Of a stretch of 64,000 nucleotides of DNA, positions 8,209 through 18,307 are shown one piece after another; position 1 is the stretch's first letter; the number at the start of each line of letters is the position of its first letter. The notes beneath the pieces were generated by a model. The model searched no databases, was not told the DNA's origin, and worked only from the letters and a program-made list of their open reading frames with translations. This stretch comes from an uncultured Actinomycetota bacterium. Its GTDB lineage: Bacteria; Actinomycetota; Humimicrobiia; Humimicrobiales; Humimicrobiaceae. The translations under genes were made by a program, and so were the position numbers. The DNA lies in the NCBI GenBank assembly GCA_964563645.1, contig CAZLXJ010000024.1:72742-136741 (forward strand), given 5' to 3'.

Positions 8209-9909
8209 ATGGGAAAAATAACAGGTGCGAACATGTTAATAAGGTGTTTAAAGAAAGAAGGGGTAGAAGTTATATTTGGTTACCCCGGAGGTGTGGTGAT
8301 ACCTATATATGATGCTTTATTTGAAAGCGGTATAAGGCATATACTTGTCAGGCATGAGCAGGGTGCCGCGCATGCTGCAGATGGATACGCCAGGGCAACA
8401 GGAAAGACCGGAGTATGTATGGCCACCTCAGGCCCGGGTGCAACCAATCTTATAACAGGTATAGCAAATGCATATATGGATTCCATTCCTATCGTGGCAA
8501 TAACAGGTCAGGTAGCAAGTTCAAAAATAGGAACTGATGCTTTTCAGGAGGCGGATACAACAGGAATAACAGCTCCAATAACAAAGCATAATTACCTGGT
8601 AAAGGATCCGGAAGAACTGCCTTTTGTAATCAGGGAGGCCTTTTATATAGCTTCAACCGGAAGACCGGGTCCGGTATTAATCGATATTCCTGTAGATATA
8701 TCCAATGCAATGATAGATGAAAAGAAAATCAGCCCAACCATAAAACTGCCCGGATATAAGCCGACCATGAAGGGAAATAAGAAACAGATAAGGGAAGCAG
8801 CATCGAGGATATACAGCAGCAGGAGGCCGGTTGTGTTTGCAGGCGGAGGGGTTGTTGCTTCAAATGCAAGCGGAGAACTGAGAAAGCTTATAAAAACAAT
8901 AAAGGCACCGGTAATAACATCTCTTCTTGGAAAAGGCTGCTATCCTGAGACCGAGAATCTTTCTCTTGGAATGGCGGGTATGCACGGGACTAAATACGCA
9001 AATATAACTTTTACCGAGACAGACCTTATCATAGCCATTGGAGTAAGGTTTGATGACAGGGTCACAGGTAAATTATCCGAGTTTGCAAAAAACATATGTG
9101 TTATACATGTTGATATAGATCCGGCAGAGATAGGGAAAAATGTTGCAGTGGACATACCTGTTGTAGGAGATGCGCAATTTGTAATGGAGGATCTGGAGAA
9201 AGCTTACAGGGAGATTGAGGTCAAAAAGGGCAAAAAGAAGAGGGATGACTGGCTGAAAAGAATAGCAGTACTCAAGGAAAAATATCCACTAAAATATGAC
9301 AGGGAATCCAGCATGATGAAGCCCGGATATATAATCGAAAAAATAGATGAGCTTACCGGAGGTGAGGCGATAATATGCACGGAAGTGGGCCAGAACCAGA
9401 TGTGGGCTTCCCAGTATTATAAATATAAAGAACCGCGCAGGCTTTTGACATCCGGAGGCCTCGGCACAATGGGTTACGGTTTTCCTGCTGCGATAGGAGC
9501 AAAGGTAGGGATGCCTGAAAAAACAGTAATAGATATAGCCGGCGATGGAAGTATACAGATGGTATCGCAGGAGATGGCCACTGCAACATCAAATAATATA
9601 CCTGTAAAAATAATGCTGCTTAATAATGGTTACCTTGGAATGGTAAGACAGTGGCAGGAGTTATTCTGGAACAAGAGATATTCTCATACCGGTATATATA
9701 ATTGTGTTGATTTTGTCAAACTGGTTGAAGCTTACGGAGGAATAGGAATAAGGGTAACGAAAAAAGAAGATGTTGAAGATGCTATAAGGGAAGCTCTTAA
9801 AATAGATAACCTGGTACTGGTAGATTTCTGGATCGAGAGGGAGGAAAATGTATTTCCAATGGTAGCTCCTGGATCTACTATAGATAAAATGATAGAAGAG
9901 GATGGTTAG
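8209..9909 (+). CDS. ilvB: Acetolactate synthase large (catalytic, ThDP) subunit
   Basis: GYPGGVVIPIYDAL, GPGATNL, and the ThDP motif GDGSIQM...NNGYLGMVRQWQ. ATG 8209 follows GGGAGAG. The ORF track starts at 8185. Confidence 0.9.
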   Translation: MGKITGANMLIRCLKKEGVEVIFGYPGGVVIPIYDALFESGIRHILVRHEQGAAHAADGYARATGKTGVCMATSGPGATNLITGIANAYMDSIPIVAITGQVASSKIGTDAFQEADTTGITAPITKHNYLVKDPEELPFVIREAFYIASTGRPGPVLIDIPVDISNAMIDEKKISPTIKLPGYKPTMKGNKKQIREAASRIYSSRRPVVFAGGGVVASNASGELRKLIKTIKAPVITSLLGKGCYPETENLSLGMAGMHGTKYANITFTETDLIIAIGVRFDDRVTGKLSEFAKNICVIHVDIDPAEIGKNVAVDIPVVGDAQFVMEDLEKAYREIEVKKGKKKRDDWLKRIAVLKEKYPLKYDRESSMMKPGYIIEKIDELTGGEAIICTEVGQNQMWASQYYKYKEPRRLLTSGGLGTMGYGFPAAIGAKVGMPEKTVIDIAGDGSIQMVSQEMATATSNNIPVKIMLLNNGYLGMVRQWQELFWNKRYSHTGIYNCVDFVKLVEAYGGIGIRVTKKEDVEDAIREALKIDNLVLVDFWIEREENVFPMVAPGSTIDKMIEEDG

Positions 9910-10399
9910 GTGCAGCATGAAACATATAATATCGGTACTTGTTGAAAATAAAGCAGGGGTTCTGGCCAAGGTAGCAGGGCTTTTCAGCAGAAGGGGCTTT
10001 AATATTGAAAGTCTCGCCGTGGGACCTACGGACGATAGGGCAATTTCCAGGATAACGCTGGTTGCGGACGCAGAAAAGCATAGCATAGAACAGATAACGA
10101 AACAATTATATAAATTGATAAATGTCATAAAAATACAGGAGCTCGATCCTTCAAATATTGTGGAAAGGGAGCTTTTGCTTATAAAAGTAAGTGCTGATTC
10201 CAGGACAAGACCCGAGATCTTTGAAATTGTGAGTATATTCAGGGCTAATATTGTAGATGTTGGTAAGAAAACGCTAATAATAGAGATAACCGGAAGCGAC
10301 AGCAAGGTAAAAGCTCTGGAGGATCTTCTCAGACCGTTTGGAATACTTGAACTTGTAAGGACCGGTAAAATAGCCTGCACGAGAGGCCCTAAAGTCTGA
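9902..10399 (+). CDS. ilvN: Acetolactate synthase small (regulatory, ACT) subunit
   Basis: HIISVLVENKAGVLAKVAGLFSRRGFNIESLAVGPT. It overlaps the ilvB stop. Confidence 0.9.
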   Translation: MVRCSMKHIISVLVENKAGVLAKVAGLFSRRGFNIESLAVGPTDDRAISRITLVADAEKHSIEQITKQLYKLINVIKIQELDPSNIVERELLLIKVSADSRTRPEIFEIVSIFRANIVDVGKKTLIIEITGSDSKVKALEDLLRPFGILELVRTGKIACTRGPKV

Positions 10400-10436
10400 A
10401 TCATTGCTAATTTTAACTTTATAGAAGGAAGGAAGA

Positions 10437-11597
10437 ATGCTAAAAAAATATATATTGACTCCGGGGCCTACAGCTATTTCACAGGATGTACTTGTAGAGC
10501 ACGGAAGGCCCCTCATGCACCACAGGTCTCCGGAATTCGGCAATATATTTTCCGAAGTCCTGGAAAAATTAAAAAAACTTTACAGGACAAAAAACGATGT
10601 ATTTGTATTAACTTCATCAGGTACAGGAGCTATGGAAGCCGCGGTGACCGGTGCTTTTAAAAAAGGAGATAAGGTCCTGGTAGCAAGTAGTGGAAAATTT
10701 GGGGAAAGGTTCAAGGAGATCAGCGAAGAATTCGGCCTGAAAGTCATCCATCTTGACTATGAATGGGGCAGTGCAGTAAATCCTGAGGATATAAGGGGAG
10801 AACTTGATGCTGATAGTGATATAAAGGCCGTGATGGTCCAGTTCAGCGAAACATCTACAGGCACCATTAATGACATAAAATCCATAGGGGATATAGTAAA
10901 GGATTATCCCGCTATTTTAATAGCGGATGCTATAAGTGGTCTGGCAACAGCAGAATTTGAAACGGACAAATGGCATCTTGACATGGTAATCGGCGGATCT
11001 CAGAAGGGACTGAGCGCTCCTACCGGAGTAGCATTTATCAGTGTGAGCGATAAAGCATGGAAATTAATAGATCAGTCCGACCTTCCAAAATACTATTTTG
11101 ACCTGAAGGCTGCCAGGAAAGCCATGCAAAAAAATCCTCCCCAGACTCCCTGGACCCCGGGGATTTCGATAATAGTAGCCATGAATAAGGCCCTGGATAT
11201 ACTTTTTGAAGAAGGTATGGAAAAGGCTTTTGAAAGGCACAGGGTTATGGCAAATGCCTCATGGGCAGGAGCAGAAGCCCTTGGCCTGGAGCTATTGGTG
11301 GCCGAACCGGGCAGCAGGGGGTTTTCAACTACTGCTATAAAAGTTCCAGAGGGTATAGATGGAAAGGAACTTGTAAGGATAATGAGGGTCAAATACGGAG
11401 TTACTATCACAGGCGGCCAGGGAAAGCTTACCGGTAAAATAATAAGGATAGGCCACATCGGGTATGTGGGTATATTTGACATTGTAGTAGCTTTCTCAGC
11501 TATGGAAATGGCGCTTTCGGACCTTGGCTACAAATTTAAAGTGGGCTCAGCAGTAAGTGCCGTCCAGGAAGTTTTTATGAAAAATAATTATTTTTAA
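10437..11597 (+). CDS. Class V PLP aminotransferase (serine-pyruvate/phosphoserine aminotransferase type)
   Basis: TSSGTGAMEA and a GGSQKGL PLP-Lys region. It lies immediately upstream of serA, which suggests a phosphoserine aminotransferase role. Confidence 0.7.
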   Translation: MLKKYILTPGPTAISQDVLVEHGRPLMHHRSPEFGNIFSEVLEKLKKLYRTKNDVFVLTSSGTGAMEAAVTGAFKKGDKVLVASSGKFGERFKEISEEFGLKVIHLDYEWGSAVNPEDIRGELDADSDIKAVMVQFSETSTGTINDIKSIGDIVKDYPAILIADAISGLATAEFETDKWHLDMVIGGSQKGLSAPTGVAFISVSDKAWKLIDQSDLPKYYFDLKAARKAMQKNPPQTPWTPGISIIVAMNKALDILFEEGMEKAFERHRVMANASWAGAEALGLELLVAEPGSRGFSTTAIKVPEGIDGKELVRIMRVKYGVTITGGQGKLTGKIIRIGHIGYVGIFDIVVAFSAMEMALSDLGYKFKVGSAVSAVQEVFMKNNYF

Positions 11598-11618
11598 TGC
11601 ATAAAATTAACGGGTATT

Positions 11619-13223
11619 ATGAAAAGAATAAAAAAGAAGGTATTAATAACTGACGGGCTTGCCGAAGAAGCCGTAAATAAATTAAGTAAGCATTTCACAG
11701 TTGTCACCGGGAAGGGGATTTCCAGGGATGAATTAAGAAAAATAATACCGGAATACCATGCCCTTATAATAAGGAGCGCAACCAGGGTCGATTCATCAAT
11801 AATTGAAAAAGCGGATAAAATGGAAATAATAGGAAGGGCAGGTATCGGAGTTGATAATATTGACCTGGAAACTGCAACAAAAAAGGGAATAATAGTAGTA
11901 AATGCACCTGCAAGTAATTCTGTTACTGTAGCAGAACATACAATTGCCCTGATGCTGGCGCTGGCCAGAAAAATCCCCAGGGCCAATTTTTCCCTGAAGC
12001 AGGGAAAATGGGAGAAATCAAAATTCAAGGGCATGGAGATTGAAGGTAAGACCCTGGGAATTGTGGGGTTCGGCCAGATCGGAGGGCTTGTAGCCAAAAA
12101 AGTTATCGGGCTTGGTATGAATGTAATAGCATATGATCCTTTTGTTACGGAGGACCGTTTCAGGCAGCTTGGAATAATAAAGGCAGGGGAACTCGGGGAT
12201 CTATACAGGGAAGCAGATTTTATTTCCATACATCTGCCAAAAAACAGGGATACCCTCGGAATGTTTGATAAAAAAGAATTCGATAAGATGAAAAAAGGAA
12301 CGGTAATACTAAACGTTGCCAGGGGAGGCATAGTTGTGGAAAAGGATCTGGCAGAATCGATTAAATCGGGGCACATAGGAGGCGCTGCACTTGACGTGTA
12401 TGACAGTGAGCCCTGTACTGATTCACCGGTATTTACACTGGAAGAAGTGGTATGCACGCCGCACCTGGGTGCTTCTACAACAGAGGCCCAGAGCCGTGCG
12501 GGTACGATAATAGCCGATCAGGTGATCGAGGTGCTGAACGGAGGTACACCAAAATTTCCTGTTAATGCACCTGCAGTAAGACCGGAGCAGATCGAAGCCC
12601 TGTCTCCTTTCTTTGAACTTGTGAAAGACATGGGAACCCTTTTTATAAATCTATTTGAAGGCGACCTTAACAGGATAAATATTGGTTATCATGGAAAAAT
12701 ATCAGAATATGATGTCAGGGTTCTAACGTCAATGATACTGGTAAAGATAATGGAAAAACATACTGCCGAAAATGTTAATGTGATAAATGCGGACCTCATT
12801 GCGAAAGAGGCAGGCCTGAAGATAAAGATAGAGAAAAGCAGCGAATCCAGTGATTACGTGAATCTGGTTACAATCAAAGGCGCCGGCCCCGGTAGCGATT
12901 TTTCAATATCCGGTACCATAACAGGCAAGAAGAACATACCAAGGTTCATAGCAATAGATAAATTTGAGATAGACATGGCTCCTTCAGAACATATGGCATT
13001 TATTAGATACAGGGATATTCCCGGACAGATAGGGAAGATAGGCTCCGCATTTGGAAAACTTAATGTTAATATAGCTGCCATGCACGTTGGACGAAAGAAG
13101 ATGAGCGGAGATGCGGTTATGGGCCTGAATCTGGACAGCGAAGTAACTGATAGGATGCTTGGAGAGTTTAAGAAATCTTCTGGATTTAACAGCATAAAGA
13201 TTGTTAATTTATACCGGGAATAA
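11619..13223 (+). CDS. serA: D-3-phosphoglycerate dehydrogenase, long form with C-terminal ASB/ACT domains
   Basis: GRAGIGVDNID, GIVGFGQIGG, ARGGIV, HLGAST, and an ACT-like C-terminus (FIRYRDIPGQIGKIGSAFG). Confidence 0.9.
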   Translation: MKRIKKKVLITDGLAEEAVNKLSKHFTVVTGKGISRDELRKIIPEYHALIIRSATRVDSSIIEKADKMEIIGRAGIGVDNIDLETATKKGIIVVNAPASNSVTVAEHTIALMLALARKIPRANFSLKQGKWEKSKFKGMEIEGKTLGIVGFGQIGGLVAKKVIGLGMNVIAYDPFVTEDRFRQLGIIKAGELGDLYREADFISIHLPKNRDTLGMFDKKEFDKMKKGTVILNVARGGIVVEKDLAESIKSGHIGGAALDVYDSEPCTDSPVFTLEEVVCTPHLGASTTEAQSRAGTIIADQVIEVLNGGTPKFPVNAPAVRPEQIEALSPFFELVKDMGTLFINLFEGDLNRINIGYHGKISEYDVRVLTSMILVKIMEKHTAENVNVINADLIAKEAGLKIKIEKSSESSDYVNLVTIKGAGPGSDFSISGTITGKKNIPRFIAIDKFEIDMAPSEHMAFIRYRDIPGQIGKIGSAFGKLNVNIAAMHVGRKKMSGDAVMGLNLDSEVTDRMLGEFKKSSGFNSIKIVNLYRE

Positions 13224-13233
13224 AAGTATTATT

Positions 13234-14772
13234 ATGGAAAATAAGATTTATATTTTTGATACGACCCTCAGAGACGGAGAGCAGTCTCCTGGAATACATT
13301 TAAATGTAAGGGAAAAGACCGAGATTGCGGAACAATTATCCAGATTGAACGTAGACATAATCGAAGCCGGTTTTCCAGTATCTTCGGCAAGTGATTTTGA
13401 ATCGGTTAGGGAGATATCAAGAAAGATAAGAGATAGAAGGATAGCTGCCCTGTGCAGGGCAAATTACAGGGATATAGAGGTAGCGGGAGAAGCACTCAGG
13501 GAGGCAGCAAATCCGGTAATCCATACTTTTATATCTTCTTCGGACATTCATCTAAAGTATCAATTCAAAATGACAAGACAGCAGGCCCTCGAAATGGCGG
13601 GACAGGCCGTAAGAAAAAGCAGGCAGTATACCGATACGGTAGAATTTTCAGCAATGGACGCAACAAGAAGTGATAGGGATTTTCTCTGCAGGATGTTTGA
13701 AGAGGCAATTGAAAAAGGTGCAGGAATCATAAATATTCCTGATACTGTAGGATATGCTCTTCCGGAAGAGTTCTCGCATCTTATTGATTATATTTTTAAC
13801 AATGTGGACGGGATAGAAGATGTGGTAGTAAGCATCCACTGTCATAATGATCTGGGCCTGGCTGTTGCTAATTCTTTGATGGCTGTAGCCCACGGTGCAA
13901 GGCAGATAGAGTGCGCCGTAAATGGAATAGGTGAAAGAGCAGGAAATGCATCGCTTGAGGAAGTAGCCATGATAATAAATACACGAGGAAAAGAACTGGG
14001 GATACACACCGGCATAAGAACCAGGGAAATAATAAGAACCAGCAATCTTGTAAAAACTCTTACAGGATATTTAATAGCACCCAATAAGGCTATTGTAGGT
14101 AAAAATGCATTTGCTCATGAATCCGGTATCCACCAGGACGGAATGTTAAAGGAAAGGTCTACATACGAAATAATAAAGCCCCAGGATATCGGTCTGGGAG
14201 ATTCCAGGCTCATACTGGGTAAACATTCCGGCAGGCATGCCTTTGTTGAAAAGGTAAATGAGATGGGCCTCAAGCTAAAAGACGAAGATCTTGAAAGCGC
14301 CTTTGAGAGGTTTAAAAACCTTGCCGAAAAAAAGGGTGCCATAAATGACGATGACCTCAGGGCAATAGTAACAGATAAGATCCGTGAAGTGGAAGAGTAC
14401 TATGTCCTTAAAAACTATGAGGTTTACAGTGGTTCCGCCATCAAGGCGAAATCAACGGTTTGTATTGCAGTTGAGAAAGAAGAAAAAAAAGAAACAGCAG
14501 AGGGAGACGGCCCCATAGACGCATCTTTTAAAGCAATTGATAAAGTAACTGGAATAGATGCTGTTTTAGTGGACTATAATATTGAAGCTGTATCTGCCGG
14601 GAAGGATGCTATCGGACAGGTTAAGATAATAGTAAGCGCAGAGGAAAATGAAGTGATGGGAAGTGGAATTTCCACAGATATAGTGGAAGCCAGTATTAAA
14701 GCATATATAGATGCAGCAAATAGACTTAAATCAATAATACAGGGTCAGGAACAAAGGAGATATCTAAATTGA
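13234..14772 (+). CDS. leuA: 2-isopropylmalate synthase
   Basis: [36 protein letters not shown], and a C-terminal LeuA-dimer domain. The ORF track starts at TTG 13201. Confidence 0.9.
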   Translation: MENKIYIFDTTLRDGEQSPGIHLNVREKTEIAEQLSRLNVDIIEAGFPVSSASDFESVREISRKIRDRRIAALCRANYRDIEVAGEALREAANPVIHTFISSSDIHLKYQFKMTRQQALEMAGQAVRKSRQYTDTVEFSAMDATRSDRDFLCRMFEEAIEKGAGIINIPDTVGYALPEEFSHLIDYIFNNVDGIEDVVVSIHCHNDLGLAVANSLMAVAHGARQIECAVNGIGERAGNASLEEVAMIINTRGKELGIHTGIRTREIIRTSNLVKTLTGYLIAPNKAIVGKNAFAHESGIHQDGMLKERSTYEIIKPQDIGLGDSRLILGKHSGRHAFVEKVNEMGLKLKDEDLESAFERFKNLAEKKGAINDDDLRAIVTDKIREVEEYYVLKNYEVYSGSAIKAKSTVCIAVEKEEKKETAEGDGPIDASFKAIDKVTGIDAVLVDYNIEAVSAGKDAIGQVKIIVSAEENEVMGSGISTDIVEASIKAYIDAANRLKSIIQGQEQRRYLN

Positions 14773-16046
14773 ATAAAATAAAAAGACCGCAGACGATTGC
14801 GCAGAAGATACTGGCTGCACATTCTGGAAGAGACTACGTAGATAAAGGAGAAATAATAGATGCGTCTGTAGACATAGCTATGGGTAATGACATAACAATG
14901 CCTCTTGCAATTGAAGAATTTAGAAAGACGGGTGCTGAAAAAGTTTTTGACAGAAACAGGGTTGTAATGGTACCTGACCATTTTACCCCCAACAAGGATA
15001 TCAAATCTGCCGGGCAGTGTAAGAAAATGAGGTATTTTGCCAGAGAACAGGACATTGTCAATTATTTTGAAATAGGTGAAATGGGAATAGAACACGCACT
15101 GCTGCCCGAAAAGGGAATAGTTCTTCCCGGTTATCTTGTTGTGGGAGCAGATTCTCATACCTGTACATACGGGGCACTTGGGGCTGCATCTACCGGTGTA
15201 GGAAGTACAGATCTGGCAGTTGCAATGGCTGCCGGAAAGCTATGGTTTATGGTACCCGGGACAATAAAATTTATTTTCACAGGAGCTCCAGGGAAGTGGA
15301 TAACAGGAAAGGATATAATACTCTATATAATAGGGATGATAGGAGTGGACGGAGCGCTATACAGATCGATGGAATTCTCAGGGCCAGCCGTAAAAATGCT
15401 TTCAATGGACTCAAGGTTTACCATCTCTAATATGGCTATTGAGGCAGGGGGGAAATTTGGAATATTTGAAGTCGATGATAAAACTATAGAGTATTTAAAA
15501 TCGAAAGGTAAAAAAGATTACAGCATATATAAAAGTGATGAAGATGCTGAATATGAAAATATTATTTACATAGACTGTTCAAAAATAGATCTGCAGGTTG
15601 CTTTCCCCCATCTTCCTTCAAATACCAGAAGGGCTTCTGATTCGCCGGATGTTATAATAGATCAGGTAGTAATAGGGTCCTGCACCAATGGAAGAATGGA
15701 AGACCTGAGGATGGCAGCAGAGATATTAAAAGAAAGAAAGGTTGCCAGAGGTATAAGGACGATAATAATACCCGCAACCCAGAAAATTTATCTTGATGCG
15801 CTCAGGGAGGGTCTTATAGAGATATTCATAGAGTCCGGCTGCGTCGTAAGTACACCCACATGTGGGCCATGCCTGGGCGGGCATATGGGAGTGCTTGCTG
15901 AAGGCGAAAGGGCAGTAGCAACCACTAACAGGAACTTTGTTGGGAGAATGGGACATCCAAAAAGCGAGGTTTATCTGAGTGGTCCTGCAGTAGCTGCAGC
16001 CTCTGCAGTAGCCGGAAGGATAACAACACCGGAGGAGGTCCTATAA
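14769..16046 (+). CDS. leuC: 3-isopropylmalate dehydratase large subunit (short, archaeal-like type)
   Basis: Aconitase family: [32 protein letters not shown]. Confidence 0.9.
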   Translation: MNKIKRPQTIAQKILAAHSGRDYVDKGEIIDASVDIAMGNDITMPLAIEEFRKTGAEKVFDRNRVVMVPDHFTPNKDIKSAGQCKKMRYFAREQDIVNYFEIGEMGIEHALLPEKGIVLPGYLVVGADSHTCTYGALGAASTGVGSTDLAVAMAAGKLWFMVPGTIKFIFTGAPGKWITGKDIILYIIGMIGVDGALYRSMEFSGPAVKMLSMDSRFTISNMAIEAGGKFGIFEVDDKTIEYLKSKGKKDYSIYKSDEDAEYENIIYIDCSKIDLQVAFPHLPSNTRRASDSPDVIIDQVVIGSCTNGRMEDLRMAAEILKERKVARGIRTIIIPATQKIYLDALREGLIEIFIESGCVVSTPTCGPCLGGHMGVLAEGERAVATTNRNFVGRMGHPKSEVYLSGPAVAAASAVAGRITTPEEVL

Positions 16047-16543
16047 TGATCATAAAAGACAGGGTCATAAAATATGGGGATAATGTGGATACTGATGTGA
16101 TTATCCCTGCAAGATATCTTAATACAACAGTGGAAGCTGAACTGGCATTACACTGTTTTGAAGATCTTGATGGAAAATTTAGAGATAAGGTAAAGACCAG
16201 AAAAATAATAGTGGGCGGAGAAAACTTTGGCTGCGGCTCTTCAAGGGAGCATGCACCCCTTTCTATCAAGGCCAGTGGAGTAAAAGCAATAATCGCCAGA
16301 TCGTTTGCCAGAATATTCTACAGGAATTCTATAAATATTGGCCTACCGGTTATAATAAGCAGCGAAGCAGCTGGTATTGATGACAATGATGAGCTGGAAA
16401 TAGATCTGGACAAAGGTAAGATAAGGGATATAACAACAGGGATGATTTTCAGCATACCGCCGCTGCCTGATTTTATACAGAAGATAATAACCAGCGGCGG
16501 ATACATTAAATTTATAAGGGAACAGCTTTCCAGAAAAAAATAA
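16046..16543 (+). CDS. leuD: 3-isopropylmalate dehydratase small subunit
   Basis: GENFGCGSSREHAP; 165 aa. It abuts leuC. Confidence 0.9.
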   Translation: MIIKDRVIKYGDNVDTDVIIPARYLNTTVEAELALHCFEDLDGKFRDKVKTRKIIVGGENFGCGSSREHAPLSIKASGVKAIIARSFARIFYRNSINIGLPVIISSEAAGIDDNDELEIDLDKGKIRDITTGMIFSIPPLPDFIQKIITSGGYIKFIREQLSRKK

Positions 16544-16577
16544 TTTTTGATTAAAAATAATATGGTTAGCGGGTGAA

Positions 16578-18176
16578 ATGATAAGAGGCAATCTGAATAA
16601 TAAAATTTATATCTATGATACTACTTTAAGGGATGGGACGCAGAGGGCTGATATTTCTTTTTCTGTCAAAGATAAGCTGGAGCTTATAGGGCATTTTGAC
16701 AGGATTGGTATAGATTATATTGAAGTGGGTTTTCCGGCATCTAATCCAAAGGAGGCCCAGCTTTTCAAGCAGCTCAAGTCATTAAATGTAAAGCATTCTA
16801 AAATAATTGCCTTCGGTATGACCAGGTATAAGGATAATACGGTTGAAAAAGACAGGAATCTGGAAATACTTGTAAACTCGGGTACAGCCGGTGTGTGTGT
16901 TGTTGGAAAATCCTCAATAACCCATGTAAGGAAAGTGATAGAAACCACCCCGGACAATAACCTGGCCATGATATCAGAAACCGTAAAATATTTAAAAAGA
17001 TATTTTGATGAGGTCCATTTTGATGCGGAGCATTTTTTTGACGGTTTTAAAGAGAACCCCGTATATGCCATGAAGACCCTGGAGGCTGCAGCCGATTCAG
17101 GTTCAGATTTTATTATTGTTTGTGATACAAACGGGGGAGCACTTCCAGGAAAGGTGGGATATATTTTAGAAGAGGTAACTTCTAAGATAGATGTACCGAT
17201 AGGGGTACATTTTCACAATGACAGCGGATGCGCTGATGCAAATACCATAATTGCGGTAGAAAAAGGCGTGGTAATGGTACAGGGTACCATTAATGGCTAC
17301 GGCGAAAGATGCGGCAATGCAGACCTTTGCACTGTAATACCCAACCTTGAGATAAAATTGGGCAAAAGATGTCTTAAAGAAGGCAGTCTGAAACACCTGA
17401 CAAGCCTTTCACGCTATGTGAGCGAGACTGCCAATCAGATAGCATACAGCCACCAGCCTTTTGTAGGCCGTAATGCTTTTGCTCACAAGGGTGGGCTGCA
17501 TGCCAGCGGAGTAAGTAAATGGTCCCGAGCTTTTGAGCATATAAAACCCGAAAAAGTCGGCAATACAAGGAAGATACTGGTATCAGAACTGTCTGGCAGG
17601 AAATCTATATTGCTCAAGGCCAGGGAGATGGGCATAGATCTCGAGAATGATCCGGAGACTATAGCAAAGATCCTTAATACTGTACAGGATCTCGAGCAGA
17701 AGGGTTACCAGTTTGAAGCAGCAGACGGCAGTTTCGAGCTCCTTATAAATGAAATGGGAGGTAAAAAGAAAGAATTTTTTACACTCGAGAGTTTCAGGGT
17801 ATTAAACGAAAAGACAAAAGACGGGAATATGCTTTCAGAGGCTACAGTAAAAGTTCATATAGGTGATAACAGAATTATAGAGACAGCAGAAGGAAACGGT
17901 CCTGTGCATGCTCTTGACGGTGCTCTCAGAAATGCCATCAAGAGCTGTTATCCCGGTCTTTCCAATATAGAGTTGACAGACTTTAAAGTCCGGGTCCTTA
18001 ATGAGAAAAAAGGAACTGCAGCAGTGGTAAGGGTCCTCATAGAATCTACTGATGGCGAAAAGACATGGGGCACCATAGGCGTTTCTGAAAACATAATTGA
18101 AGCAAGCTGGCAGGCGCTTGAAGATTCAATAATATACGGTCTGATGCATCTCGAGAAAAACAAGAAAAGACATTGA
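16578..18176 (+). CDS. cimA: Citramalate synthase-type LeuA paralog
   Basis: IYDTTLRDGTQ, FPASNPKE, HFHNDSGCADANT, GYGERCGNA, and a C-terminal LeuA-dimer domain. The DGTQ plus FGMTR pattern is as in CimA. Confidence 0.75.
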   Translation: MIRGNLNNKIYIYDTTLRDGTQRADISFSVKDKLELIGHFDRIGIDYIEVGFPASNPKEAQLFKQLKSLNVKHSKIIAFGMTRYKDNTVEKDRNLEILVNSGTAGVCVVGKSSITHVRKVIETTPDNNLAMISETVKYLKRYFDEVHFDAEHFFDGFKENPVYAMKTLEAAADSGSDFIIVCDTNGGALPGKVGYILEEVTSKIDVPIGVHFHNDSGCADANTIIAVEKGVVMVQGTINGYGERCGNADLCTVIPNLEIKLGKRCLKEGSLKHLTSLSRYVSETANQIAYSHQPFVGRNAFAHKGGLHASGVSKWSRAFEHIKPEKVGNTRKILVSELSGRKSILLKAREMGIDLENDPETIAKILNTVQDLEQKGYQFEAADGSFELLINEMGGKKKEFFTLESFRVLNEKTKDGNMLSEATVKVHIGDNRIIETAEGNGPVHALDGALRNAIKSCYPGLSNIELTDFKVRVLNEKKGTAAVVRVLIESTDGEKTWGTIGVSENIIEASWQALEDSIIYGLMHLEKNKKRH

Positions 18177-18239
18177 TTTTAATGCAATATTATCCAATTT
18201 TTCATTGCTTAATAAATCCATTTTAAGTAAAATAGTTGG

Positions 18240-18257
18240 AATGCCTTTTTAGGCATT
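18240..18257 (+). other. Short perfect hairpin between cimA and hppA
   Basis: AATGCCT-tttt-AGGCATT. It has no trailing U-run. Confidence 0.3.
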
Positions 18258-18307
18258 GGCGAAATTCTTATAGAATTTTTTGAAATATAATATATGGGAG
18301 GTATTCA

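Noticed and set aside
9661-10404. Long antisense ORFs inside well-supported genes. Examples: 9661..10404, 11594..12457, 39084..39818, 42788..43273, 25527..26096 and 20649..21227, all on the minus strand.
   Set aside because: Each lies fully within a + strand gene with clear family motifs (ilvB/ilvN, serA, polA, rpsA, dnaE, larB). The translations are Ser/Leu/Ile/Phe-rich low-complexity strings. That is what the antisense strand of purine-rich (GAA/AAA/GGA) codons produces. None has a ribosome-binding site or recognisable motifs.
6459-18176. Absence of ilvC and leuB as evidence for a novel BCAA pathway, or for the adjacent beta-hydroxyacid dehydrogenase (5238..6125) replacing one of them.
   Set aside because: HIBADH-family enzymes have no known reductoisomerase or isopropylmalate dehydrogenase activity. 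The gene lies upstream of the operon promoter. The missing genes are most simply encoded elsewhere in the genome.
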